Source: Bugula neritina (lineage: Eukaryota > Animalia > Bryozoa). Taken from it: a stretch of DNA of 64,000 bases. The notes beneath the pieces are model-generated. The model ran no database searches. It saw nothing but the letters and a program-made list of their open reading frames with translations, and was not told the DNA's origin. Made by a program: the position numbers and the translations under genes. Below, piece by piece: positions 51,706 to 64,000 of this stretch. The first letter of the stretch is position 1; each line of letters opens with the position of its first letter. The DNA lies in assembly GCA_964035545.1 (NCBI GenBank), contig OZ037765.1, positions 13,092,698 through 13,156,697 on the forward strand, written 5' to 3'.

Positions 51706-53500
51706 TGTTATTATTCAATTACTAGATTGCTTAGATTAAAATTAGATATCAGTTTATTAGTAAACAAGAACGAGAATCTGCGGTAAAAAATAATTACTTC
51801 CGGTTATACAAAAATGTAATCTACAACATCTCCCTTTCTGGGCAAACAAATGAAAATGATATAATATGATGAATGTGATAAAATGTATATGTTGCAAGTA
51901 AATACAGACTGAAACTGATAGTAATATATTACAAAATAATATTACAAAATACAAAATCATACAAAAATCTATAAATTATACAAAATATATTACAAATTAC
52001 AAAAACTGTGAGTTATAAACAGTTGACAAAATTACTACATAACCATTAGCACAATGTAATACAATTTCTAAAACAGATTGTGATAGAAAAATTACTATTC
52101 TATTACAAACACAAAGCTTCAATGATGCAACATATCAAACAGTGAGTTGCATGGCATAATCCCTGTGCCATGCTGGTTTAGTCAATTTATGACCTCGGCT
52201 AGAGACAGGTCTGATATGTACTTCTGAGACCATGCTAGTGAAACTGTTCTCATTTATTGAACTGTTCGATGTGGATTCAACAGCAATAGGAGTCTTGCCT
52301 GTTTTGTTTATCTTACAACCAGTGTTCATCATTTGAGTCACTGTTTTAGTAATAATTAAAAGGTGTTCACCTACCATGGCAGGGCAAAAGTCCTTTCGGT
52401 TTCTTCATATCTGGTAATCTGGTGTTTGTACTACATATGACCTCTCACCTTCTAACTCATAGATCTTACCTGGTCTCCAGTTTTCACTGGCTGTTTATAA
52501 CGAACTTGTTATTGGTTGGGAGCCAATGTGCCCTTAATATTACTAGCATGTGAATGGTGTTAATGCTTATTTTTGATTTTGATGGCACCTAACCTCTGGC
52601 GTACAAAATCTAAATCATGGGATCTTACATTGTAGTGATCTAATTTAACTGGGAGATCGTCTCTGAGAGTACGACCATGCAACAATTATGCTGGGCTAGA
52701 TAAATCATCAGCAATGGGTGTATTTCCTATTGATGCCAAACCTACAAGCCAGTTGGTACCTTGGTCTACACACTTTTTCATCATCATCATGATTGTACCA
52801 ATAGTTCTTTCTATCTGCCCATTACCAGAAAGATGCGCAGGGGAACTAGTTTGATATGAGATCTTTTCACTTCTACAAAATTATTTGAACACTGTTCTAT
52901 TGAACTGTGAACCATTATCGGATATTATCACCTCAGGCTTACCAAAATCATTAAACACCTTCCTCAGCAACCCCGCGATGGTGCGACTTTTTGTATTACT
53001 GCTTAGTCGTTTAACAACCGACCATTTAGACAGATGGTCTACTAACAAAAAAAAATCATTTCTAGTTAATGAAAATAAATCAATACTTATTGTGCGAAAT
53101 GGATATGGCGGTACAGGAAATGGCAATAACGTTTCCTTTCTCTGTTCACTTTCCACTTTCTGACAGGGCGAACAAGATTTACATTTCTCTTCTAAACGGT
53201 TTGGAAGACCAGGCCAGAAAACTGCCGTCTTTGCTCTTTGGAGTGTTTTAGCTACTCCTTGATGTGCGGTGTGAAGTACTGCTAACACTTCATTCCTAAG
53301 AGATACTGGTATCACTAACCTAGAGCCATAAAAATAACATCATTTATTATGCTTAGACTGTTGCAAAAGTTCCAAAAAGCTTTTCCTTTTTCAGCACAAC
53401 TTTTCTAATGAGTCGGCCAACCTTCACAAATATATCTAATAACTACATGTAACTCCTCATAATTTTTTGTTGCTTTCTAGTATTTTTCCATAACCTTACC
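51706..53500 (-). mobile_element. Degraded Gypsy integrase fragment with PPT and possible short 3' LTR
   Basis: LHTAHQG...VFWPG...CKSCSPC; PFRTISIDLF; IISDNGSQF; C-terminal SSRGHKLTKPAWHRDY; PPT AGAAAGGGAGA followed by TGTTG at 51828 on the minus strand. Confidence 0.75.
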
Positions 53501-53559
53501 ATCCCTAATAACAACTGAGCATACTGAAAGTAAAGGATCAGAATCCAAATCTTCAAACA

Positions 53560-54250
53560 CATCTGTCCTTTGTGTCTTTTGTGTTAGATCCAATCATGCC
53601 ACAGCTAGTTGTTTTTTGAAAAAAAACACCTCAAAATATTTTATCATGTTGGAGTAATGCATTCACTTCAGGAATTCCCATTTTGTCTCGTCACCAAACC
53701 AATTTTATTAGACGAGCTTTTCCGTATGCTTTAGTATTAAACCTGATGGATCTAAAAAAAACCTTAGCCTTGTGAAATCATTACTTTGTCAACAGATCCA
53801 CGGTTGAACTGTGAGCATCGTTTTTAAAGATTCCATAAAAAATGGCATTGTTATTTCTTAATTTAGCTTGTGACATTTTCAAATTTCCTGTAACCAGCTC
53901 TTTAGCACTATTGTTGACTTTAAGCATTTTCAGTGATTTGTTTCACAGCTTCAACATAACTTTTTTCTAATTTTTCGGGTCTGCCTTCATTTCTACCTTG
54001 GTGGAAGGCGTTGCTGCAATATTATCCATTGCTTATTCAATATTTTTAAACTTCTGTTCATAAAAACACTTTGAGACAGTGCTTTCATCATTCTCTTGTA
54101 GCTTCAACATATTCCAAACATGAATCACAGAACCGTTCAAAGTATTTATTATTTGATTTTATAATTGTGTCAACCTCTGAGTTTTGAATGTTTTGGCGAA
54201 GACCATGAAACCAGGCCAAGCACATAGCACAGCTGATTCATTTGAAACTT
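53560..54250 (-). mobile_element. Old LINE ORF1 relic (PHD-like + RRM-like), homologous to ORF1 of the CR1 at 38073-38648
   Basis: Minus-strand fragments CAMCLAWFH, SQAKLRNNNAIFYGI and DETKWEFLK match SQAEIRKNNAILYGI and DEMTKWEFLK. Confidence 0.65.
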
Positions 54251-55582
54251 GCATTTTGTTTTTGATCACATAATTTTTTTTACAAAGAATTCATTTTCTT
54301 TACAAGTACTCAACTTTTATAGGGTGGAGGATTTCCTCCCTGACTGTCTTTTTTGGAACATTTTTATGATTTTGGATTATTTTTTGCAGGATTCTAACTT
54401 GCGTCTTATAGTATTTAGAAATTTTTTTTCAAGGGTTATGGAATTTTGTTGCACACCCTTGCACTAATTAGAGTGAAAGTTTTAGGTTATTTAGATATAT
54501 AATTTATAAAATCCAAGACTGTAGGTCGGCTATTTAAAGCTAAGTATGTTTACGCTGATACTAATATTAAAGCTAACTTTGACTACACAGAGCCAAAATA
54601 ATATTAACATGGTTTCAATATTTTTTACTTTGCAATCATTGGTAAGTCTGCGTGATTTTGCTGGCCATGCTTCTTCATCCCAACCTCATCCCCATAACCT
54701 GCTAAATGCATATGTTCTGTTTGACTTTTACCTACCTTTAGCCTTATTAAATGTTCACATCAATTTTTGAACTTTTTCTTTATTCTCCATCCATAATCAT
54801 TACATGGGATTAAATCATTTGCAAAAGGCATACTTGTGAATTTTTTTCTCTATCATTATCTGCCGAGAATGGCTTGAGAATAGTAATGAACAGAAATAGA
54901 CCGATACTGAGCCTTTACTTTTTTACTAATTTTTTCAATTCTGCTTATGCACATATTTATCGAAGTTTTACATACTCAATCATAGGGTGTAATTCATGGT
55001 CGGATTGACCGACGGAGGCCTACCAATCAATACTCAAGCAGGATCAGTGTGACCTGCATCTTTAATACCTCTCTGTGTCTTTTGTGATACCAAATAATTT
55101 TTTGTGGTGCTGTTTCATACAAATTTAAGTCAACAAGTGTTTGATTTAAAGATGTATGCCACTTAGACTACAGGTTGTCACTGATGGTCTGGAACTGTAT
55201 GGCATTACCTGTGTTGAGCTGTATGGTAATCATTTTGATAACAATAGTTCCTTATTTACCTTATTGGATAATTAGTTTGCAGACTGAACTAAGCCATATT
55301 GTTGTGAAACAACGTTTTCTAGTTTAATTAATGTCATCTATAAGGAGTATATAACTTTACGAGTGTAAATATTCTCTAACGGTGTATCAGTGCTTACCAT
55401 ATATATTAAAATACTAGCAGCTAATCTCTATTTTATACTTACTTTTACATTAGTTAAGCACAAATTAGCTATTCTACTCTTTCATGTAGGCTTACAAAAC
55501 TACTGTCTTTCTAGATATTAGAGCTGTAAAGCCATGACCACGTAGCCAATCAGGTGCTGGTGTTCAACATGACCAATTTTAA

Positions 55583-55986
55583 AGAATCCCTGACACGTTT
55601 AATTTATGCAGTATTAAAAAGTCATATATATCCATCCTAGCTATCATCTACAGAATGTCTGAAAGTTGTGTGCTCAAACAATTTTGTTTCATAATAAATT
55701 CTGTGCAAACATTGAACTTTCAAGCCAGCTCAGTGAGTGTGTTGCAGCTAAGAATAGAATGCAATGAAAGTTGGCAATAATTACTATTAGTTTTATAATG
55801 CCACGAATTTCAAAGCCAACTAAAAATTCATTAGAGATTCCAAATTAATTCAAGACATGTCTGCACAGAATTTATTTTGAAACAAAATTGTTTGAGCATA
55901 AAACCTTCATTTAAACATTTTGAAGATGATGGCTAAACTATATATGAATATTTTATTACTGCGTAGTGAAGTGTGTCAGGGATTCT
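55583..55986. mobile_element. Kolobok-type MITE (404 bp) sharing termini with the 26217-31036 element
   Basis: TTAA|AGAATCCCTGACAC ... GTGTCAGGGATTCT|TTGA, with long imperfect TIRs. Confidence 0.85.
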
Positions 55987-56319
55987 TTGAGTTAAAATCA
56001 GCTTTTTCTTGTCTCTTGTACTATAATGTGCACTATAATGCTGTTAATTGCCTTTTATTGTACATTTTATATACTTCTCAGACTAATTTTCATGCATTTC
56101 GTAGTACTAGTTATATTTTTTGGAGCAGTGGCCTGTGAATTTTGCTTAAGTCTGAGTATAGCGGCAGCAAATTTATTAAAAAAATGTAATTTTTTGGTGC
56201 AATTTTTATAATAAGTTAAATTATGTATTTAGCTTGATTTAATAAAAGCATATTTTTGATTTAGTAGCTTAGTTGCAACTTTGTTAATTATATCATTGAT
56301 ATATTTTAGTACTTTCAAC

Positions 56320-59300
56320 ATGGCCGATGCACAAAATGTTAAAGCTGCTTACAGGCAACTTGCTGAGGAAGTAAAAGGTAGTATTTACTTTACCTTATAT
56401 GTTTATTCGTTATATTTTCTACTATAGATTTCTATTAAAGCTTGTTTTTCCTGGAACTACTTGATTTTACTAGCTGAGATTGCTGCCATAAACCATAAAC
56501 TGCAAGTGCAATATTTGCTCATAGCAATTGCTTATTAACTTTTACTGTATAGCCTGACTACAGCGCTAACATTAAAGTTTGTGTTATATAAGCAATATCA
56601 ACTTTCAAACTAAAATTTAAAAACGGATCATATTTGCAGATATATTTTAGATAATTATTTGAAGTTTTTCAAAAACATTCCTATCTGTGATACTATATGT
56701 TATATAACTGTTGAAAATGGGTTTCTCATTTTATTAAACTTGTGTTAACTTTGTTTAACTGATAAATATTATCCAGGATACATCCGTTCGCAGCTGCATG
56801 TATCTCATCATTGAAACAAAATTATCTTTCAGCAATTTTTTGAAATGATTTTTTTGTAAAGTGTAATATTTACAATGTATATATAATATATATATAATGT
56901 GATAAATAATATGTTGTGTTTAGAAAAAGAAGATGATTTAATACAGCCCAAGTCTGAAGCGTTAGTGGATGTGGTGTCCAGAGCTAATGACCTGTTTGAA
57001 AAAGGTTTGGGCTGCTGTATTTGCACTTTTCTATTTTACATTTTATCTAGAATATTATGGTTCTAGATTCTTTAGCAGTAGCACCTTACTCAAATAAGAT
57101 AATTTTTATTTTAATGTTAAGGTATGTGAGATATAATAATAGATTTCTACTAACATAATAAGACAACTTCTAATGCGATCAGAAAAAATTGGCAAGTTTC
57201 AGTTTCCGATGTATATAGATATATTAAATGAGAATAAAATAATCAAATTTGTAACTTGCAACAAACCATTTTTATGAAAATCTAGTTGTTGCATTTTCGA
57301 AGAAATGTTGGGCTTTGGCGGATCATTTTAAATAGCAGTAGGATGGATAGAGGCAACCGGAAACAGTAATATTTTGCTTTATACAAGTTCATAATTTCAA
57401 GTTTTTCATTGGTGCATTTTTGCAGAAAAAAATATCAAACTTTGGTTAAATATCTTTGAACCTTTGTTCTAGCCATCATCATCATTTACTGCGGTGACAT
57501 TTTATATTCTGAACTCTAAAGAAGATAACTTTCATACAATTTAAGCAAAGGCTACTTTTTTGTAGTTGGTTCGCTTTGGTTCCTGTTTTCTAATTGTCAC
57601 AAATATCCAGTTAAAGTTAAACTGTTTAAATTACTCAATAATGAAAGAGCAAGCATATTTAGTTGCCAAGGTATGTTTACTGTTTCTGCTTTGTTCAGTA
57701 AGATAATACATTTAGTGGCATTTTAATGTGTTGATACAGCTACAGCTGTTCTACCCTCTTCTTTGCCATTCGTCTTCGAATAAGTAGAGCCAACACAAGA
57801 GCTAGTGATGTGACTAGTACTGCTGTGACACACGCTATGACCACAGCATCCAAGTTGTTTGGTTCTCTCCCTTGAAGCCCATGAAGGAGTGCTCGTATTT
57901 CTTGGGTAGCCACTGTTGAGCTTAAAGTTGTTAAAGTGCTCGTAACTTTCGTAGTAATGTTTGGCATTGATGTAGTTAGGTTGACGGCTGCAATAGTAAA
58001 AAGACAATAAGTTTTCAATGATAAGGCTGTGAATTTTTATTTTTTACATATTGAAACTTTACTTAGCATGTATAGCATTTAGTATAAGCTATACTCTGCT
58101 AAGTTACGTTTACATTATTGAACCTTTTAGCAATTTAATTGTGTATTAAAGATATAAGCAGGGAGCAGGCATGGTCTAAAGTAAGGGTGTCTAACCTTTT
58201 CAGAGTTAGGGCCACTGAAAGGGAATTTTTCGGTGGCGAGGGTCACATGGTAAACTATAGCTCTAATTTTTTTTTCCACTCTAATTTATGTACATGTGAA
58301 AAATAATTTTAGTTTTACGCCTTTGAGGGCTGCACATAAATGTAGGTTGGGGGCCCCAGTTAGTCCTAGGGGCCACTGTTGGACAGCTGTGGTCTAGAGG
58401 TTAGAGTGCTGGCTAAGTAAACACGAGGTCATGAGTTTTCTCCCCACAAAGGCCATTGGTAATGTTAGGAAATGCATTCAGTCGTAATTGTTCCTGTGCC
58501 ACATATAGAGAAGCCCTTAGCTCACCATTTTCACCAGGGTTCTCACAGGTATAGTGACTATAAAATTGTGTGAGTTTGCGTGAGAGATTAAGACTACAAG
58601 CAACTCATACTTGGCAGAAGTATTTTGGTGATATTTGATCCAGCTGTTCCTAGTTTGAAGATCATCTTCCCTGGTATTCCAACATTACTGTCCCCCACTA
58701 TGCTTCTGATGGCTGGTGTTTGGGAATTTGGAGTAGCATAGAAGTTAGTTCCATCTCCAGAATCAAACCCGACCTACACATAATTTTGAATCAGTAGCTC
58801 AGTATTAAAATAATGTGTTACACAGCGTTTCAAAGTCAGTCATTTTATTTGCAAATTCTCAAAAAATGATTCTTTTCTCATCAATTTGTATATATAAATC
58901 TTGTCAAACTGAAATCTACTGGCTCTCCCTTTAGTTTAGCTCAAGTAAAATATCAAAAGTACTGACATGTATTTGCAGCACATTATAATCCCTAATTTGA
59001 TTTGTTCGAACAATGATTCCATTATTATTCATCTTTATCATTTTTACTCAAGTAATTAATCACCCAAAATCGATTAGGGTTGTGACCACTATCAACAATA
59101 TTCTATAAATGTCTTCTAACTTCACCTGTGCTGAAGTGTTGCTTGATGCAGTGCCAGCATCCCAGTTGATGCTGTGATAGTTGAAGACGGCAAAAGCTGT
59201 CACTCCATCTGAAACTACTGCTGCCTGAAAAGTGTTTTTCTGTAAAAAATAAGATGGTGTATACTGCACTATGTTGAAAAGTCTTATAAAATGAAAAATA

Positions 59301-60566
59301 ATTTTAAATATCACTTTACAGCTTTAGCAAATTGTAGTCGCCACGCAGTCTATATATAGAGATTAGGGCACTAATTAAGATATTATGTTGATTTTATTAT
59401 TTCCCACTAGATTTGTAATTTATTCATGTATATTTAAAACAAATTCTTTAGTTGTAGAAAAGATATTATCCAATAAAACTTGTGTATCTTATAAAACATA
59501 TCGCAACAGTAGATGTTGCTAAATAGTGTGTTCCAAGTGTTCTTTTAAAGGTCTTTTGCAATTTTAGTGCCATTAAAAAGCTTAAAGGTTGGTGCACATT
59601 GTTAATGCTATGCATATTTTCTCTAAAGGTCAGTGGGTCAAGTTAGGGAGTACGCTGGTCTAAATTTAAGCCCACTTTAAAAAACTACTTATTAAAAGTC
59701 AGTTGAAACATAATGCTGTAGAATTAAAATAGTTTGTGAACTATAATAGCAACATTATAATACAGTTGGTGTAAAAATAGTAGCAGCAGTAGCATAGTGA
59801 ACTAAAATAGCTATAACAATTTCTTACTGGGGCTGATGAAGACGTTCCATATGCTCTCAATTGGTCCCACGTAGCTACCAACATCCATGCTGCCGTATAT
59901 GTAGGGTCAGTAGTGTATCCGTTTCTTACTAATTGATCAAATAGATATAAGATATTATGATAGTATAATAAATCTGATTATTCCAAAACATGCTTCAGTC
60001 CCCTTAACTCAAATGGGGTAGGCTTAATAATTTTTATTAGGGTTTAGATTGAAAATATTCTGATTCCAACTCACAAATTATTTTTTTTAAGGATTACAAT
60101 TGTTTGGTCTTGACTTTTTATGAAAAACAAGATTACATTAATGTATTATTTTACTTATCATCAAATAGGCTGAACAATTAGGTTACGTTCTTAGTTAATA
60201 ACTTGCTTTCCATTGATGCAGCCTGCAAGAGAGCTGGGTCTGTGGTTTCTCTAGACCACACATTTCCACCATAATTTGGGTTTGCATCAGCCCAGTAAGG
60301 GCAGATCAAAGCTGTGTTTGCCGAAGAAGATGGCAATGGAAATGTCACAGGGGTGAATGCTGTGTAGGACTTGTTCATTGAAATAGCCCCATTGGTGCAT
60401 ACCTATGCATGTAGTACGTGTTTAGTATGCTTTCAGCTTCTAAAGTCTAAACTACACCTTTACTCAAATATACTTGGTTACTAAAAGATTTATAATATGT
60501 GTGTTTCTAGAAAGCAATAACTTAAAAAATTCTTGACACACCTTATCTATGCGATATTAAAAAAAA

Positions 60567-60645
<79 letters not shown>

Positions 60646-63600
60646 CTGTCATCTGCAGACTGTTTGAGGGTTGTATGCTCAAAGAATTTTGTTTTATAAT
60701 ACATTTTTTGTTAACATGTCTTGAACTAATTTTAGATTTCCGATCAGTCTGTAGATGATAGCTACGGTAAACATGAATATTATTTTAATACTGCATCAGA
60801 ATAATGTCGAGATTATTTAATTCGTTAAAAAACTCAAAAGCTATATATTTTTACTGTGAAATAAAAAGTAATGTCTTACATAGAGCGATGAATAGGTTTG
60901 TCCAAACATGGTGATCCGTTTGTTGTATTGGTTATGACAGTCATCATCAGCCACTGGTGCCGCAGCATCTCCAGCTGCTAAGCCATATGGATAAAGTGAT
61001 CCATCTGAATGAGTGTCAGAATTTTCAGACAAATTACCATGCATAAGCCATTTCAGTGTTTGCTATATTATATTATACTTTTCAACTTAAATTTATAAAG
61101 TTAAAATAAAACATTGCGTGGTCATTTTATAGAGAGGTATTCCTCAGTCAAAGTTGATATGTTGGTGAGTGATGATAACTTGTAATGGTATGGAGAAAAA
61201 TATGATTAGCTGTCTGCGACAAACTGATGTTGCAAAAATATAATTTTAAATTATTTGAATAGTCATCCTTACTAGCTTTTATTGTTTTAATTAATTGGCC
61301 ATTCAGTCAGTTCTTTTTTAAATAAATGCAGGTGAACATGGCAAAAATATATCAGTTATGTGAAGGAAATGTTTGAGGCTATGAGAAACTTTTCATGTTA
61401 TCCTCGAACATGCAGCTAGTTTACATGAATTTTTTCAGCAGAATATAACTATGTTAATTGTAACTTTTAGCTTAGAGTAGGTTTTAATTATTTTGATTTA
61501 CCTGTCATGATAAATTCAACTTAAGTGACCAGTTTTACCAGAAAAGTCTTAAACAACATATTAAGATTTATTTAACGTCAGCAAATTGTCAACAATGCTT
61601 GTTATTTTTTATCTTCTTTGTGCTGCTAATTGGGGAATACTTACTGTTAAATATTTAAACTAGTGGTAGTATTATTTATAATTTATTCATTTATGGTGCA
61701 TCTAAATAAAAATAGATCATGTTTGCTATAATTTTAAAGTTTATGATTATCTTATTTGTAAGCTATTAATAAATTAGAATAAAGAAACTATTGAAGCACA
61801 TTTAGAGCCATAAAGTGACTAAGATTTGAGAGATAAACTCAATCAATCATTAAAATAGTTTATTATTTTTTATTTAGAATAAAATTATTACCTTTGCAAA
61901 TATTCTAATCAGTAATATTCAATATTAAAGAAAAATATTGTGAAACAAATTATCCAATATAGTGTAAAAAAACCAGCTTGGTGTATACAGTTAAAATACT
62001 TTCCCCTGCTCAGTTTTGAACTTGAATTATGTTGCTGTCATTGCTATTTTCAGTAATGTTTATTAGTGTATGTTTCTAAGTGTATTGGCAATGCAAACTT
62101 TTAAAGGCTGGCCTTTTTTACCAGACTTGACAGAAAAGAACATTGCAAAATAATTAGACAGTAATTTCAGTTTCTACTATTTTAGAGCATTTATTTAACA
62201 AAACACACATAAGTCTACAGCACTTAAGTTGCGTAGATGAATCTCAAGCAATATTTCTATATAGGCTACTGGGATAAAAAAATTACTATCTATTTTATTT
62301 TTTTTTAATTAATTTAAAGATTATAGCATTTTTTGTGTGGAAGTGTTCTCAAAATAATTCTTAAAATATTTAATGTCAATTTTGAAACTATTCCTCGGCT
62401 TACCTGAAGTCTTCGTGCTGAAAAATGAAATAGCAATTATGATGGTCACTCTAGATACCTCCATGCTGCCGTTCTGTTCTCACTGTTCTGCTGATCTAGG
62501 TTGAGTAAAACTGTTGACTCTATTCTATTTTTATATGTCACGGGTTTAGCCTATCATATCAGTATTTTCTTATCATTTTCTGTATTGTTATAAGTCAGGG
62601 CATAGCCTATTTTCTTATTAGCCCATGTACATTGTTTTTTATTTCAATGTCGTGTACCAATCAAAATTCTTTTTTAAACCCATTTTTAGAATTTGCAGAA
62701 CCTTAAAAATTGATCTGAAGTTCTACATTGCAGTAGAAAATCCATGTTGTATCTCTGTATCACTTCAAAGTGTGGTTCACATAATACATGCAATGGTTGT
62801 ACAGTGTGATTGCATAAGATTTAAATGTTTCCCATAATATTATTTTGTTACCGATCATAATTATCAAGACTTGCAAATAACAGAGACATTTAATAAAAGA
62901 TGTGCTTATATTTTAGCCAACTTCACGTTTCAATTAGTCCCTAAATGTACATCTTGGAGCTTTTTATTTTTACTGATACTTTGGTTAAAAAATTTGAAAA
63001 GTATCATGGTGAAAATGTCACAAGTTGATATGTTTTGTATACAAAGGCTTAGGTAGATTTCTTATATAAGATCAAAATAAGCGCATGGCGCCTGCCACCT
63101 GTCTAATAATTTGCCATTACAACGTAATGTTTTTATTCAAATCTTTCATTTTGCATGTTTACATAATCAGTCTTAAATTTAATTTTGTTCAATATAATTT
63201 CTTTAAGTTTTTTAATCTGCTATGAATAAATATCAACACTTAAATTAATACTAATCAAATATCATTATCTGCTATTTATAAAAATTGTTTTTCTATTGTA
63301 TGCTACTAATTGTATTCGTTATCTTGCTTTGTATTAGTTGTGACTTATGTGTGGGAAAACAATATGTATATAAATACATGCCCTGTTTTGTATTCTATTG
63401 TATAATTGATAGAGACTAGACTTATTAAGTTACCCCCTGTGAGTGTTGAGCAATTATTCTATAGCCATTCTATTTGTAGAGAGATTAATGATAATGTTTT
63501 TAAGAATGTTTTCAAAGTTGTCATATGCTTTGTAGTGTGTTTGTAAAATGATAATATTGTAATAGTAGCTTCAGTATACACTTTGTAATGTCCTTTAACC

Positions 63601-63902
63601 ATTAGAATTACTTGAGCAAATGATAGGACTTGGGGGTGGAAACTAGGACATCTATTGAGATCATGTAAAGATTTTCAAAAAGTTTTGATTATTTTGGTCA
63701 CATATTCCAAATAATATAAGTACCTTTATAACATGTGCATTTCTCAAATTCCTTCAATTGTATAATTTCAGTGGAAACAGCTAATGAAGGCGCAGAAGAC
63801 TCTAAGTTGATGGCACATATAGCTTATATTGGAAGGAAAAAAGTTCAGGAAGTTAAAACAGATGCGGTTTATTTCAGTCCATCGGAATTTGCGCAGAAGC
63901 TT
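56320..63902 (+). CDS. NSMCE4A: Non-structural maintenance of chromosomes element 4 (Nse4 kleisin, Smc5/6 complex); first three coding exons, 3'-partial
   Basis: Exons 56320-56377, 56924-57004 and 63772-63902 join in phase to give MADAQNVKAAYRQLAEEVKEKEDDLIQPKSEALVDVVSRANDLFEKVETANEGAEDSKLMAHIAYIGRKKVQEVKTDAVYFSPSEFAQKL. This follows the Nse4/EID3 N-terminal pattern YRxL...D.I...L..V...AN.LF..V....E...D..L......G......L. Not in the ORF track. Confidence 0.78.
57740..62464 (-). CDS. NIDO-domain type I membrane protein (335 aa: signal peptide, single NIDO domain, S/T-rich stalk, TM helix, short basic tail)
   Basis: Exons 62464-62404, 61004-60880, 60402-60207, 59928-59828, 59239-59126, 58773-58611, 57987-57740 total 1008 nt in frame. 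Motifs LYPYG, YVCTNGAIS, ICPYWAD, LVATW, NTFQAAVVSDG, AQVGFDSGDG, SNVGIPGK; TM AVVIACVTAVLVTSLALVLALLI followed by RRR. Confidence 0.88.
58162..58590 (+). mobile_element. tRNA-derived SINE relic interrupted by a hAT MITE
   Basis: Removing the insert gives the A-box-like TGGTCTAGAGGTTAG, followed by a degenerate B box and a central AGGAAATGCATTCAGTCGTAA motif reminiscent of conserved metazoan SINE cores. Confidence 0.5.
58182..58391. mobile_element. hAT (Charlie-like) MITE, ~210 bp
   Basis: 8-bp TSD gtctaaag/gtctagag (NTCTAGAN type); degenerate TIRs TAAGGGTGTCTAAC...GTTGGACAGCTGTG. Confidence 0.6.
60526..60816. mobile_element. Degenerate Kolobok-type MITE containing a (TA)n expansion (~60568-60641)
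   Basis: TTAA on both sides; starts AAAATTCTTGACACAC; the interior (tagctgtcatctgcagactg...tgctcaaagaattttgttttataat) aligns by eye with the 55583 MITE. Confidence 0.6.
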
Positions 63903-64000
63903 GTATGTTCCTAACTACTTACTCTAATTTCTATATTGCAAAACATTTTTAATATCAGTTTGGCATGTAATAACTTTTATATCGACTTTCTGTTAAATGA

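Overview
AT-rich, intron-containing animal DNA, probably a spiralian/lophotrochozoan invertebrate (inferred from the TALE gene type). Four host genes can be reconstructed by hand from splice sites: a 5'-partial, divergent TALE homeobox gene (+, 3547-10745); a convergent PP2C-gamma/PPM1G gene (-, 11581-17746); the first three coding exons of Nse4/NSMCE4 (+, 56320-63902); and a complete 7-exon NIDO-domain type I membrane protein gene nested antisense in Nse4 intron 2 (-, 57740-62464). Between PPM1G and Nse4 lie about 36 kb of transposable elements. The centrepiece is a very young Ty3/Gypsy LTR retrotransposon (20649-34125; 716-bp LTRs, ATAT TSD, tRNA-Leu PBS, -1 frameshift signal). Its pol frame runs on about 500 aa past the normal integrase end into a C2H2 zinc-finger/coiled-coil protein. 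That protein sits in the env position behind a canonical branch point and splice acceptor, and a matching donor lies in the LTR. A 4.8-kb Kolobok-type DNA transposon (TTAA TSD, AG..CT ends) is inserted in the integrase; it carries a THAP gene and a convergent P2X7-ballast-like (KolX-type) gene but no visible DDE core. Two short relatives of it occur further right. The rest is a CR1-like LINE, a pogo/Tigger relic, BEL/Pao and Gypsy relics, MITEs, a SINE and minisatellites. All family assignments come from motif recognition by eye; no database searches were run.
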